A stretch of DNA of 64,000 nt, taken from the NCBI GenBank assembly GCA_017409005.1, contig JAFQTP010000002.1:249159-313158 (forward strand), read 5' to 3'. Below are positions 17,775 to 26,882 of this stretch, in pieces (position 1 is the stretch's first letter; each line of letters starts with the position of its first letter). Position numbers and translations under genes: made by a program. This DNA comes from Clostridia bacterium (lineage in GTDB: Bacteria; Bacillota; Clostridia; Christensenellales; UBA1242). The notes under the pieces were generated by a model. That model searched no databases. It saw only the letters and a list, made by a program, of their open reading frames with translations, and had not been told where the DNA came from.

Positions 17775-17847
17775 AAACGGTGGCTAAATGTGGGGTTATC
17801 ACGCAAGCTTTCTGCTAACCCTCACATTCTTAACGCCACCGTTTTTT
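17775..17847. repeat. 70-nt two-segment hairpin, possibly also the plus-strand terminator
   Basis: aaacggtggc/gccaccgttt outer stem and aatgtggggtta/taaccctcacatt inner stem with a 1-nt bulge, followed by a T-run. It abuts the Rep stop codon. Confidence 0.75.
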
Positions 17848-18877
17848 AGTTGCATTTTCTCATTCTTGCGATAACTTCTGGCGAAACTTTCCCTATAAGT
17901 TCACCTTCATCAAGGCACATAAAATCATCAAAGAGCAATAACTTTCTATCTTCTTGACCTATTGTGCATACAATATCATCTTCAATAATATCTGATATAA
18001 AGTATTGATAAAGCCCTTTTGAATACACGATTTTTTCTTCAGTTTTTTCCAAATACTTCATAATGTATGACATTTCTTCAAGTAAGTCATATTTGCTCCT
18101 TATTGGTTCAAAGTCAGAACGACCAAATCTTTGATTAAAATATGAATTTTGCAGTGTAATAGTGCGTCTTTTAAGCTTAAAATTGTAATCATTGTGTTCT
18201 TCAATTTCGCCAGGCATAGTTCCTTCAGGAATATAAAACAAGCCGTGAAAATGCAACCTCTTTGTTTCTGGTGCACGTTCCCAAACTCCAATATATTTCC
18301 AACCTCTACGAGAAGAAAAGTTTTGTAATGCTATTTTAAGTTTTTTTCTAAAACTATGTTCTGAATGGAGTTTATCATCATAAGTAAACGTGCAAAAATA
18401 GTTAAAGTTTACTAAATTTGCTTTTCTAATCATGCGAACTCTGCGACAGATCAAGTTTCTTTGCTTTCTATCAAAATTAACATTTACAAATGCCTCACAT
18501 TTTTCATAGTCATCAAAGTATTCTCGCATATCTTTTAATATCATTTTCTTGCGTTCTTTTTTCTTCAAATCAATATATTTTGCATACAATTCATTAAATA
18601 GTTCTTTCTTTGTTATTTGTTTAGTCCTTTTAGGTCGTTTCTCTGCCGATATTGGTGTTTCTTCAACTATTTCAGACACTTCTTCAAAAGAAAAATTTTC
18701 TTCAATTTCAGACGAAATAAGGGGCTCGGATAATTCCGAGTCCTTTACTTCATCAATAGCAACAGTAATTGTTTCCTCTGGTAGTTTTGGTCGCTTTTTA
18801 GTTGGTCTTGTAGTTCGTGGAATAGCGATATAATGACTACCATCAAAATATACTTTCGCTTCAGCATACCAAGCCAT
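17846..18877 (-). CDS. HUH-superfamily rolling-circle replication initiator (Rep)
   Basis: Start trimmed to MAWYAEAK (ATG 18877) behind AAGGAGG. Motif I FCTFTY, motif II RLHFHGLFY (HUH), motif III YIMKYLEK (YxxK). Confidence 0.75.
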   Translation of the reverse strand: MAWYAEAKVYFDGSHYIAIPRTTRPTKKRPKLPEETITVAIDEVKDSELSEPLISSEIEENFSFEEVSEIVEETPISAEKRPKRTKQITKKELFNELYAKYIDLKKKERKKMILKDMREYFDDYEKCEAFVNVNFDRKQRNLICRRVRMIRKANLVNFNYFCTFTYDDKLHSEHSFRKKLKIALQNFSSRRGWKYIGVWERAPETKRLHFHGLFYIPEGTMPGEIEEHNDYNFKLKRRTITLQNSYFNQRFGRSDFEPIRSKYDLLEEMSYIMKYLEKTEEKIVYSKGLYQYFISDIIEDDIVCTIGQEDRKLLLFDDFMCLDEGELIGKVSPEVIARMRKCN

Positions 18878-18963
18878 AAAACCTCCTTTTATTGCCACTT
18901 TTGGATTTAACTTTGCAAGTTATAGTGGTATATAAAATTAAGTTTCTTGACTAATTCCATACA

Positions 18964-19248
18964 CTATTTTTTCTTTCTAAATAACTTTTTAAATAAATGC
19001 CATTTTTCTTTCTTTGGCTTATTCGCATTTTCTTTTTCTTTAATTTTTTTCTTAAACTCTTTTTGGAATTTTCTATCTTCTTTGTCAATCAACTTAAAAT
19101 GTCGTTTCATATTTTTGAAAATATATTTTCCAATCTTATTGTTATATTTTTCAGGAACATAATCACATGTATCAAGCATATGAGCAAAAGTGTCATAATA
19201 CTTGTCCAGCGTTTGATTTATAAGCTTATTCTTATTGTAATTTATCAC
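18964..19248 (-). CDS. hypothetical highly basic protein
   Basis: 94 aa. Its GTG start overlaps the TGA stop of the upstream gene (GTGA). Lys-rich C-terminus. Confidence 0.5.
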   Translation of the reverse strand: MINYNKNKLINQTLDKYYDTFAHMLDTCDYVPEKYNNKIGKYIFKNMKRHFKLIDKEDRKFQKEFKKKIKEKENANKPKKEKWHLFKKLFRKKK

Positions 19249-20057
19249 GCACTTTTCCTCCTTTGATAAAAGTTTTTAGGAAGTTCGTCATCAACTTCTT
19301 CAAGATATTTAATATATCCTTCAAGTGATTCTTCCGTAGGTTGACTTTCTTGAATATCAAAATCTTCGTTCATATGACCATCATAAAATTTAGGTTTACA
19401 ACATTGGCTATCATATAATGCAAAAACATTATAATCAGCAACAACAATTTCTTCAGAATAGCAAGTTTTATCTTTCTTACCAGAAGCCATATATTTATCA
19501 AATAACTGGCTATTTTCTATCTTTCTTATACGCCATTTTAATTTACAAACTCTGCCATAATCATCATAGTAAATATCAAGTTTCATAATTTCTATAAACT
19601 GCGCCAACTCTCTGATATTTACGTCAATGAGCATAGGTCTTTGAGTATCAAGAAAAATATCTAAATTGTTATGACCATGTTGCTCATACCAACGAGATTG
19701 CCATTCAGGAAAATACATTGACATTCTGCTGTTAAGATACTTTTGAGCTTCTGTAATTCCTATTGCTTCAAATGGGTAATTGAAATGCGTTTTAACAAAA
19801 TCATTTTTAAAACCCAAACGATAAGGGTTTATAACTCGGCTAAGCCGAGGACTATACCCAAATTTACGGAATTTAATGCTATAATTAGAACTCACGCAAT
19901 GTTTAGGTATAGTCAGCTTAAAGCCATTATTGTTTTTTGTAATAATTTCTTTTGCCATTTTACGATTTCTTTCACTATCAAAAGCAATTTGTCTTAAACA
20001 ATGTGTCATAAAACAAGTTTTACCTGTGCGAGGTGGAGCAAAGATAATCGTTATCAT
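19245..20057 (-). CDS. Zot / filamentous-phage pI-like P-loop ATPase (no TM segment)
   Basis: 270 aa. Walker A at the extreme N-terminus (MITIIFAPPRTGKT). ITEAQKYLNSR and NNLDIFLDTQRPMLIDVNIRELAQFIE parallel M13 pI LDECGTWFNTR and WDIIFLVQDLSIVDKQARSALAEHV. Confidence 0.6.
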   Translation of the reverse strand: MITIIFAPPRTGKTCFMTHCLRQIAFDSERNRKMAKEIITKNNNGFKLTIPKHCVSSNYSIKFRKFGYSPRLSRVINPYRLGFKNDFVKTHFNYPFEAIGITEAQKYLNSRMSMYFPEWQSRWYEQHGHNNLDIFLDTQRPMLIDVNIRELAQFIEIMKLDIYYDDYGRVCKLKWRIRKIENSQLFDKYMASGKKDKTCYSEEIVVADYNVFALYDSQCCKPKFYDGHMNEDFDIQESQPTEESLEGYIKYLEEVDDELPKNFYQRRKSA

Positions 20058-20068
20058 TTTTCACCACC

Positions 20069-22639
20069 TTAAATAGTGTAAATATCGTATCCATCAGTAG
20101 TTGTGCCAGATTTAGCAAAACCTTGTGAAGTAACTAATGCAGTAGATAAACCTTGCTTCAAATATACGGTTGTAGCATTTGCTAACAATAATCCATCATC
20201 AGAAGTTAAAGATGCAATAGTTGAACTTTCAATATAAACGGTTGCTAACTCATAGCATTCTGCAAATGCTTCGGTATCAATAGTTGTAACAGTAGAAGGG
20301 ATTACAATACTTTCCAAACTACAACAGCAATAGAACGCATACTCATAAAGTCTTGTAAGTTGTGAATCTTCTTCAAAATATACATTTTTCAAATTGCAAC
20401 AATATTCAAAAGCATAATCTTCAATAGAAGTTAATGATTTTGGTAAAGTTATTGTTTCAAAAGAACATTCAAAAAATGCGTCTAATGCAATATATCTTAA
20501 CTTTGAATTAGGTTCAAAAGTTATACTTGATAAATTACTTTCAGCAAAAGCATAATTGTCAATACCGCTTACAGTTGCAGGAATAACAATAGATTTAAGT
20601 CCTGTATTTCTAAACAATCTATAATTTATTGAACTTAATTTTGAATTTGCGCCAAAAGTTGCACTTGTTAAACTTCCACAATTTTCAAATACACCTTCGC
20701 CCAAATAAGTCAATGCTGAATTATCTGCAAATGTTATACTTGTAAGATTTCCACAACCTCTAAACACTTCATCATCAATTTCAGTAATCGCACTTGAAAA
20801 AACTAAATCGCCAGCAAGTTCATCATTATTGCAAGCCGTAATTTTTGTTCCTTCTACAACAATATCTCCACTTGAAACAAGGTCATTCCAAGTTCTTGTC
20901 ATAGTTCCATTTACAAATAATCCAGATTGCATACTAAATACTGCTACAAATTCAGTATTTTCTGTAATAGGATAACTTGCTAAATCAACTATAGTAGAGC
21001 CATCAATAGACCAACCCAAGAAATTATAGCCACTCTTTGATGGTGTTGCGTTCATGGTTGCATATCCATTTTTAGCAACAGAAGTTGTTCCAAAAGTAGA
21101 GCCATCAACTGTAAATGTTACGGTTAAGTTTTGAATAAATCTTGCTACAAATTTTGTGTGTCCTGTAATTGAAATAGTTTCTGGATTTACAACTGTTCCA
21201 TTAAGAGTCCAACATTCAAACATATAGCCATCTTTTGTAGGATTTGCAGGAAGTGAGGCTTTTCCATTTTTGCTTACAATTTGAGTATTATAAACAGCAT
21301 CATCTACCATAAATTCAACATCATAGCTATAAATAATATCTGCAACAAAAGTTTCTGCACCTGTAATCTTGTAAGTAGATAAATCAACTTTTGTTCCATT
21401 TAACAACCAACCATTAAAAGTTTTATAAGTTGTATTTTCTACACCAACTGCATTAGCATAATTTCCATTTCTAACTTGTTGAGTTTCAACAACTTGGTCT
21501 TCATACATAAATGTAACAGTGTGAAGTTGAGTGAATTTTGCATAATAAGTTGTGTTTACTGTAATAGCAGTAGTATTAGGATTTACAATGTCTACGCCAT
21601 TTGTAGTCCAGCCATCAAATTCATATCCTTCCATTGAAGGTGTTGATGGGATAGTAGGATAACCATTCTTAACAACAACTTGGCTGTCGTAAAATTCGTT
21701 ATTTACCATAAATTTAACGTCATACTTGTAAGTTACATTTGCAACAAATCTTGTGTTTGTTTGAACTTGATAAGTAGATAAATCAACTTGAACTCCGTCA
21801 ACAGTCCAATAGTTAAAGATAACATAATCAGTTGAAGTTGGAGTTGTTACAGTTGCTATGCTATTCTTTGCAAGTATTTGAATATTGTAAACGCTTCCAG
21901 CAAATTCAAAAGTTGCTACAACTTGTTCGCCATTTTCAAGGTTTGCAATATATTGTTCGTAATACGCAACTGTTCTTTCAAGTTCTGCAATACGATTTTG
22001 TAATGCAACGACATTGCTTGAATTGTTTTGTAATTGCATTGTTAAGTCGCTGATTTGAGCATTAAGATTAGTAATTTGAGCATTTAAACTATTTATTGTT
22101 TCAACATTAAGAGCATTAGTTGTTTGTAATTGAGAGATTAAAGCTTGTAAATTAGCAATTTGATTATTCAAAACTGCAATTTCTTCATCTTTATCTTCAT
22201 TGCTTTCAGTTAATGTTTTAACTTGTTTTTCTAAACTTGCTTTTTCAGCATTTAAGCTTGTAATCGTTGCTTCGTTTTGATTTTTAATATCTGTTAAATT
22301 AGCAACTTGCGTTTCTAAACCTTGTTTTGTTTGAGTAAGGTTTTTTATTTGAGTTTCGCAATCTTGATTAGCATAAGTTAATAGAGTTACTTGGTCAGTC
22401 AAAGTTGTAATTGTATCTCTATAACTGTTAATCAATTCTTCATATTCAGCTTTATCGGTAAGTGCTGTATCGTATCCGTCTTCGTATGCTTTATTCAAAT
22501 CTTCTTGCGTATAAAGTCCTGTTCCAGATAAACCTTCTTGAACTTTATTAAAATTTGTAATACCCCAAACGAGAACGAAGGCAAAAGCACCAACAAATAG
22601 CAAACTAAATATTAAACTTAATACTTTTTTAGTTTCCAT
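20069..22639 (-). CDS. N-terminally anchored coiled-coil / B-repeat / BspA-type LRR surface protein (candidate receptor-binding protein)
   Basis: 856 aa. One N-terminal TM helix and ~190 aa of heptad-rich coiled coil. Five repeats carry GY.F.GW-type motifs (EGYEFDGWTTNG, DGYMFECWTLNG, SGYNFLGWSIDG and others). About 10 Cys-containing LRRs follow at the C-terminus. Confidence 0.65.
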   Translation of the reverse strand: METKKVLSLIFSLLFVGAFAFVLVWGITNFNKVQEGLSGTGLYTQEDLNKAYEDGYDTALTDKAEYEELINSYRDTITTLTDQVTLLTYANQDCETQIKNLTQTKQGLETQVANLTDIKNQNEATITSLNAEKASLEKQVKTLTESNEDKDEEIAVLNNQIANLQALISQLQTTNALNVETINSLNAQITNLNAQISDLTMQLQNNSSNVVALQNRIAELERTVAYYEQYIANLENGEQVVATFEFAGSVYNIQILAKNSIATVTTPTSTDYVIFNYWTVDGVQVDLSTYQVQTNTRFVANVTYKYDVKFMVNNEFYDSQVVVKNGYPTIPSTPSMEGYEFDGWTTNGVDIVNPNTTAITVNTTYYAKFTQLHTVTFMYEDQVVETQQVRNGNYANAVGVENTTYKTFNGWLLNGTKVDLSTYKITGAETFVADIIYSYDVEFMVDDAVYNTQIVSKNGKASLPANPTKDGYMFECWTLNGTVVNPETISITGHTKFVARFIQNLTVTFTVDGSTFGTTSVAKNGYATMNATPSKSGYNFLGWSIDGSTIVDLASYPITENTEFVAVFSMQSGLFVNGTMTRTWNDLVSSGDIVVEGTKITACNNDELAGDLVFSSAITEIDDEVFRGCGNLTSITFADNSALTYLGEGVFENCGSLTSATFGANSKLSSINYRLFRNTGLKSIVIPATVSGIDNYAFAESNLSSITFEPNSKLRYIALDAFFECSFETITLPKSLTSIEDYAFEYCCNLKNVYFEEDSQLTRLYEYAFYCCCSLESIVIPSTVTTIDTEAFAECYELATVYIESSTIASLTSDDGLLLANATTVYLKQGLSTALVTSQGFAKSGTTTDGYDIYTI

Positions 22640-22649
22640 TTAGTCCTCC

Positions 22650-23162
22650 TTATAGAATTTCAATCACTCTTAAACGAATGCCATTATCAGAGAAATATTG
22701 CTCTAAAAATGAAGCACTTTCTTGACCTGTCGTAACGAGTGTTAATTGTGTTTTATTACTTAAAAATTGAATTGATATTTTCATAGTAGAATTGCAGACA
22801 ATATTTCCGTTTGTATCGTAAAAGTCCATATTTACAATAGAGAAAACTGAACCAGCATTTATTTCACTGCCAACCAAAACATAGTCGTTTAGGACAACTT
22901 TGTATTGTTTCTTTTCTCCATTAAAATCATCAACTTTTAACAAATCTTTTTCAAAACTATAAGTGTCTGTGTCGTCATATAAGTCGTGGTAGAAAACTAC
23001 ACTTGTGCTTGAATAATTAAACGATTCCTGACTGAATTTATTTGAAATATCAATAGAGCCATTTACATAACTTTCTGCTTTTACTTCACGATAAAGTTCA
23101 ATGCCACAAAAGACACCAACAACTATCAAAATAAAGCAGATTAAGTAGGTATACCATTTCAT
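22650..23162 (-). CDS. N-terminally anchored membrane protein
   Basis: 170 aa with RBS AGGAGG. ATGA overlap with the upstream gene. Single TM helix at residues ~5-25. Confidence 0.6.
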   Translation of the reverse strand: MKWYTYLICFILIVVGVFCGIELYREVKAESYVNGSIDISNKFSQESFNYSSTSVVFYHDLYDDTDTYSFEKDLLKVDDFNGEKKQYKVVLNDYVLVGSEINAGSVFSIVNMDFYDTNGNIVCNSTMKISIQFLSNKTQLTLVTTGQESASFLEQYFSDNGIRLRVIEIL

Positions 23163-24451
23163 AGTTCTACCTCCTGATATTCGTTATTTATTGCATTTGG
23201 AGCAATATCAAACTCCAAACCTTTTGAATACTTAAATGTTTGTAATTGAGTGTCATACAATGATTTTTCAAGTAAATATATTTTTTGTGAATTACCTGTA
23301 ATTGTAAGAGTGTCAATTTCAAAACCTTCAAATGCGTTATAATCAAGTCCAACAATATTGATATTTTTATCTTTCAAATATTGAGAGTTTAAATCAATGT
23401 TAATATTGACTTTCGCGCGAGGCATTTCATCAAACATTTTCTTTGTATCCATGTTTAGCGAAAGGAAATAACCTTGATAAACATCACTGTATCTATAAGA
23501 AAAATCATCTTCATCAAGCGTATAAACCATTCTTTCTTGCCAGTAAGTTGTGTCAATTTCTTCTTCAACTATGTCGTAACTTGGGTTACAATCAATAATT
23601 CCAAACAACGATTGAGTGCTGTTTCTTGCACCATTTTCGTCATAATGAAACTTCAAAACTGAATAATTTTTGATAATGTCAGTAACATTATCTTCTTTGT
23701 ATTTTCCAGATTCTAAATCATACTCTCGAATAGTAAAATACTCGCTTAAATCAACTGTAATATAGTAGTCGCCATAACCTTGATTATTTGTCCTTATTGC
23801 TTCCATACAATCAGCAAAAACATTCAAATAGTTGTAGTAAAGAATGTTTGTAATAGGTTGATTATAAAGCCATAAAGACCACCAACTACGCTTATAAGTA
23901 GTCCATTCGTAAGTTCCTGTAAGTTGGATCTGAAAAGCACGATTATCAATTTTGATAGTAAAGGCACTTTCACGATTAAGTTGAGTTCTTAATTTGTTTC
24001 CTTCCCAGCTAATGCCATTAGTCGTATCATAATAACTAAAAGCACTGCTTTCATATCTTTGGGCTTCTTGTTCTGTGGTTTCTGTAATAACTAAATCACT
24101 TTGTTTTAAATCTCCAAGATATTGCATACCTGTTGAACGATAAGCGTTAGAAGATAAAGAATAATCAGTAAAGTAATTAAACTTTAATTCTTGCAAAGCA
24201 ATACCATTGTTTTTAGCATTGCTAAAAAAGTTTGCTTCCATAAAATATCGTTCTTCAAATTCATTTTTTTGTTCTTCGGTTAAATCATCAGACGCAACTA
24301 TATCAAGAGCAATTTGATTGTCTATATAGTTCGTGCCGACAGTTATATCTTTAACAAAGAAATGATAGTAGCCATAAGCAAGGGATACACAAAGACCAAT
24401 TATTGCGAGAAAAACAAAACAGCAGTTTCCAATAACTTTTAATGTCTTCAT
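23159..24451 (-). CDS. N-terminally anchored membrane protein
   Basis: Start trimmed to MKTLKVIG (ATG 24451) behind AAGGAGGA. 430 aa with one N-terminal TM helix and an aromatic-rich ectodomain. Confidence 0.6.
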   Translation of the reverse strand: MKTLKVIGNCCFVFLAIIGLCVSLAYGYYHFFVKDITVGTNYIDNQIALDIVASDDLTEEQKNEFEERYFMEANFFSNAKNNGIALQELKFNYFTDYSLSSNAYRSTGMQYLGDLKQSDLVITETTEQEAQRYESSAFSYYDTTNGISWEGNKLRTQLNRESAFTIKIDNRAFQIQLTGTYEWTTYKRSWWSLWLYNQPITNILYYNYLNVFADCMEAIRTNNQGYGDYYITVDLSEYFTIREYDLESGKYKEDNVTDIIKNYSVLKFHYDENGARNSTQSLFGIIDCNPSYDIVEEEIDTTYWQERMVYTLDEDDFSYRYSDVYQGYFLSLNMDTKKMFDEMPRAKVNINIDLNSQYLKDKNINIVGLDYNAFEGFEIDTLTITGNSQKIYLLEKSLYDTQLQTFKYSKGLEFDIAPNAINNEYQEVEL

Positions 24452-24473
24452 AAATCCTCCTTGTAAATTTATT

Positions 24474-24520
24474 AAAAAAGAAAAAAGCACTATAAGAATT
24501 GTTAGTTCTAAATAGTGCTT
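24474..24520 (-). terminator. intrinsic terminator after the small membrane-protein genes
   Basis: Minus strand: agcactat ... atagtgct hairpin followed by ttttttctttttt. Confidence 0.6.
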
Positions 24521-24529
24521 TTAGAGTTG

Positions 24530-24688
24530 TTATATTAAGCCATTCCAACCAAATATATTTAAAGCTTCTGCAAGCCACTGTATCGCAGTTGCAAGAAAAT
24601 CAAATATTTTAGATATAATGCTTAACGGCCAAGTTCCAAATAACACCACTAAAACAATTATCAAAATTGTTATGAATAAGTTTTTCAT
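24530..24688 (-). CDS. small hydrophobic protein (52 aa, below ORF-track cutoff)
   Basis: Manual translation gives MKNLFITILIIVLVVLFGTWPLSIISKIFDFLATAIQWLAEALNIFGWNGLI. It starts 12 nt after the stop of the 69-aa gene. Confidence 0.5.
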   Translation of the reverse strand: MKNLFITILIIVLVVLFGTWPLSIISKIFDFLATAIQWLAEALNIFGWNGLI

Positions 24689-24700
24689 AGGAAATTAGCC

Positions 24701-24910
24701 TTATGCAATAGGTGTTTCAGTAATCGCTTCGGCTACCTGTTCAGCTGAATCTGCAATAGTTCCAGCATTGCCACCAAACCATTCACAAACTTGTTCACCA
24801 AAAGTTAGTCCATTAACAGAACAACCAATAGCAACAGCTAAACTGAATAGTAAAATAGCACCAACAATTCCTAAAATAATCCATAGAGCAATTTTTAGTT
24901 TTTCGTTCAT
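24701..24910 (-). CDS. small membrane protein (candidate virion or envelope component)
   Basis: 69 aa with RBS AGGAGGAA. N-terminal TM helix (IALWIILGIVGAILLFSLAVAIG) and an acidic C-terminal tail. Confidence 0.6.
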   Translation of the reverse strand: MNEKLKIALWIILGIVGAILLFSLAVAIGCSVNGLTFGEQVCEWFGGNAGTIADSAEQVAEAITETPIA

Positions 24911-24937
24911 AAATTCCTCCTGTAATTAGATTTTTGC

Positions 24938-25285
24938 TTATCTCATAAGCATTTTTAACAATGACTTATCAGATGCTTTAAATGGTTTAATTTTACATTC
25001 GTAAATTTCGCCATTTTCATCAACAGAACGAACCAAGAAAGAATTTCCAGAAACAACATTTCCAGAAGCGTCTTTAAGTTCGTATGGAACAGCTACAAGT
25101 TCAGCTTTCATCTCATTGCCAAAAACAATGTCTAAAACTGTATAACCACCAAAATCAGGTGGAGTAACGGCAATTTTAACGTCTTTGCCTCTAATACTAC
25201 CTTTGATAAAATAGGTGTAGAATGATTTACCATTCTTTTCAATTAACTCTCTTTCAACAACAATAACATTTTCTTTTTTTGCCAT
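24938..25285 (-). CDS. hypothetical beta-rich protein (possible ssDNA-binding role, by position only)
   Basis: 115 aa with RBS GGAGG. No motif recognised. It occupies the slot just before the small membrane proteins. Confidence 0.5.
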   Translation of the reverse strand: MAKKENVIVVERELIEKNGKSFYTYFIKGSIRGKDVKIAVTPPDFGGYTVLDIVFGNEMKAELVAVPYELKDASGNVVSGNSFLVRSVDENGEIYECKIKPFKASDKSLLKMLMR

Positions 25286-25548
25286 TATTTTTTACCTCCA
25301 ATTTGTCTTGAATATTTCTTTGCTTCGGTCTTTGATTTACCTTCATTTAAAGCTTTCTTGTATTTGAAAATACCAATGTGGTCATTTTTCATTTGCAAAG
25401 CACCAATTCTTACGCACGCTTCCTTGTCTGTTAAAGGTTGTCCTTCCTTTGGACCGTGCATGTGGACTTTGTTTTTTAATTCTTCTGCATAACGTTTAGC
25501 TCTAGTATTTGGACTAAGCCAACGTCTTTCTCTAACTTTATTTGCCAT
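25285..25548 (-). CDS. hypothetical basic protein
   Basis: Start trimmed to MANKVRERR (ATG 25548) behind AAGGAGAA. 87 aa, Lys/Arg-rich. Confidence 0.55.
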   Translation of the reverse strand: MANKVRERRWLSPNTRAKRYAEELKNKVHMHGPKEGQPLTDKEACVRIGALQMKNDHIGIFKYKKALNEGKSKTEAKKYSRQIGGKK

Positions 25549-25724
25549 TTGATTCTCCTTAAAATATTTTGTTTGTTTGCCTTTATATAGGGCTATTAAG
25601 TTGTTAATAATTGTGAGATAATCACTGAAACAACACGTCTCCTGCGATATATAGTGGTAGACGGCCATCTTTACTTTTAAAAACCACAATCAATCGTTCA
25701 AAATTTCATTTATCTCAACAATTT

Positions 25725-25970
25725 TTAATCAATGTATTTGCGTATATAACTTGCTGAACGCATACGCTTTCCATTGATATTTTTGCCACGAACTTTATAA
25801 ACAAGTTCGTAGTCAGTATCTCTTTTTCTAGTGCGAAGTAGGTAAATGTCATCACTCATAATTAGGGTGTTGCCTTTACCACTGCGACATAGAGATACTT
25901 TTTGACAAACAATGTAATCTTTTGTGCGATAAACATTGTCTGCCTCCATAAAGTAATCAACGGTAGTCAT
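25725..25970 (-). CDS. hypothetical protein
   Basis: 81 aa with RBS AAGGAGGAA. ATGA overlap with the upstream gene. Confidence 0.55.
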   Translation of the reverse strand: MTTVDYFMEADNVYRTKDYIVCQKVSLCRSGKGNTLIMSDDIYLLRTRKRDTDYELVYKVRGKNINGKRMRSASYIRKYID

Positions 25971-26236
25971 AACTTTTCCTCCTTTTTAATTTTGTTATCA
26001 ACAATCTCTTTGGCTTTTTCTTTCTTCTTTTGGTTAATAAATTCACCAAATTGTTGTTGATATTTTTGGAGCATAATGCCTGATATTCTGTGAATAAGTT
26101 CTTCTTGCATATCAGTAAGACCGTTAATATTTAGTTCTGTAACTTTTACATAAAGAGGAACATTCGTTAAATAACTACCGTCAGCATTACGAAGCCCTAT
26201 ATATGCAACTTTTTGATACATTTCACTCACAAGCAT
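25967..26236 (-). CDS. hypothetical protein
   Basis: Start trimmed to MLVSEMYQ (ATG 26236) behind AAGGAGAA. 89 aa. Confidence 0.55.
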   Translation of the reverse strand: MLVSEMYQKVAYIGLRNADGSYLTNVPLYVKVTELNINGLTDMQEELIHRISGIMLQKYQQQFGEFINQKKKEKAKEIVDNKIKKEEKL

Positions 26237-26308
26237 TTTCTCCTTTTTAGATTTGAGAGATTTAACACCTCTCACTTAATAGGCACGAAAATTGCAAAAA
26301 GGGACTCC

Positions 26309-26749
26309 CTAAATGCAAAATTTTTTAATTTTTTTATAAATTTTTCTTAATCGGTTGCGAATTGCTGTATGGTCAATGCCTAATTCTTGTGCTATTTCAG
26401 CTTGTGAACGTCCTTTAAAATAAATTTCATATATAAGCCATTGTTGTTCTTTTGAAAGGGTTGAAATTGCCTTGTGTAATTCTTCATACATTTCATCTTT
26501 AATAAGTTTTTCTTCTAAATCTGATTCTTCATCTTCAAACTCGTGTCCGTTTTCAAGAGATAGGTCAAGAGATTGATGACGCCTTGTTTCTTTTAATTCA
26601 GACAAATACTGTTCATGTTCTGCAACAATATATTCGTGCATAACTTGCGCATCTGCTTTTTCAAGTAATTTTGCAGTTTTGTCATCTACCATTGCATAAA
26701 TTGTTTTAGTTTCATTGTTCTTTGTAATTTGTGTTGTTAATTTTTTCAT
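26309..26749 (-). CDS. sigma-70 region-4-type transcription regulator
   Basis: Start trimmed to MKKLTTQI (ATG 26749) behind AAGGAG. The C-terminal LSKEQQWLIYEIYFKGRSQAEIAQELGIDHTAIRNRLRKIYKKI is a region-4 HTH. Confidence 0.6.
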   Translation of the reverse strand: MKKLTTQITKNNETKTIYAMVDDKTAKLLEKADAQVMHEYIVAEHEQYLSELKETRRHQSLDLSLENGHEFEDEESDLEEKLIKDEMYEELHKAISTLSKEQQWLIYEIYFKGRSQAEIAQELGIDHTAIRNRLRKIYKKIKKFCI

Positions 26750-26771
26750 TTCCGACTCCTTGAATTTGAAA

Positions 26772-26857
26772 TCCACAGAGCCGTATTTCCACAAACAAAA
26801 AGACGGCATGAAAAGCTTTTGAGATTTGCTTTCCAATGCCGTCTAACGGTCTGTGGA
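26772..26857 (-). promoter_or_regulatory. nested hairpin containing an intrinsic terminator between the first gene and the sigma-like gene
   Basis: Inner stem agacggcat/atgccgtct is followed on the minus strand by ttttgtttg. Outer stem tccacaga(g)ccgt/acggtctgtgga encloses it. Confidence 0.5.
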
Positions 26858-26882
26858 CTTATATATTTAATTTGTAAAGACT

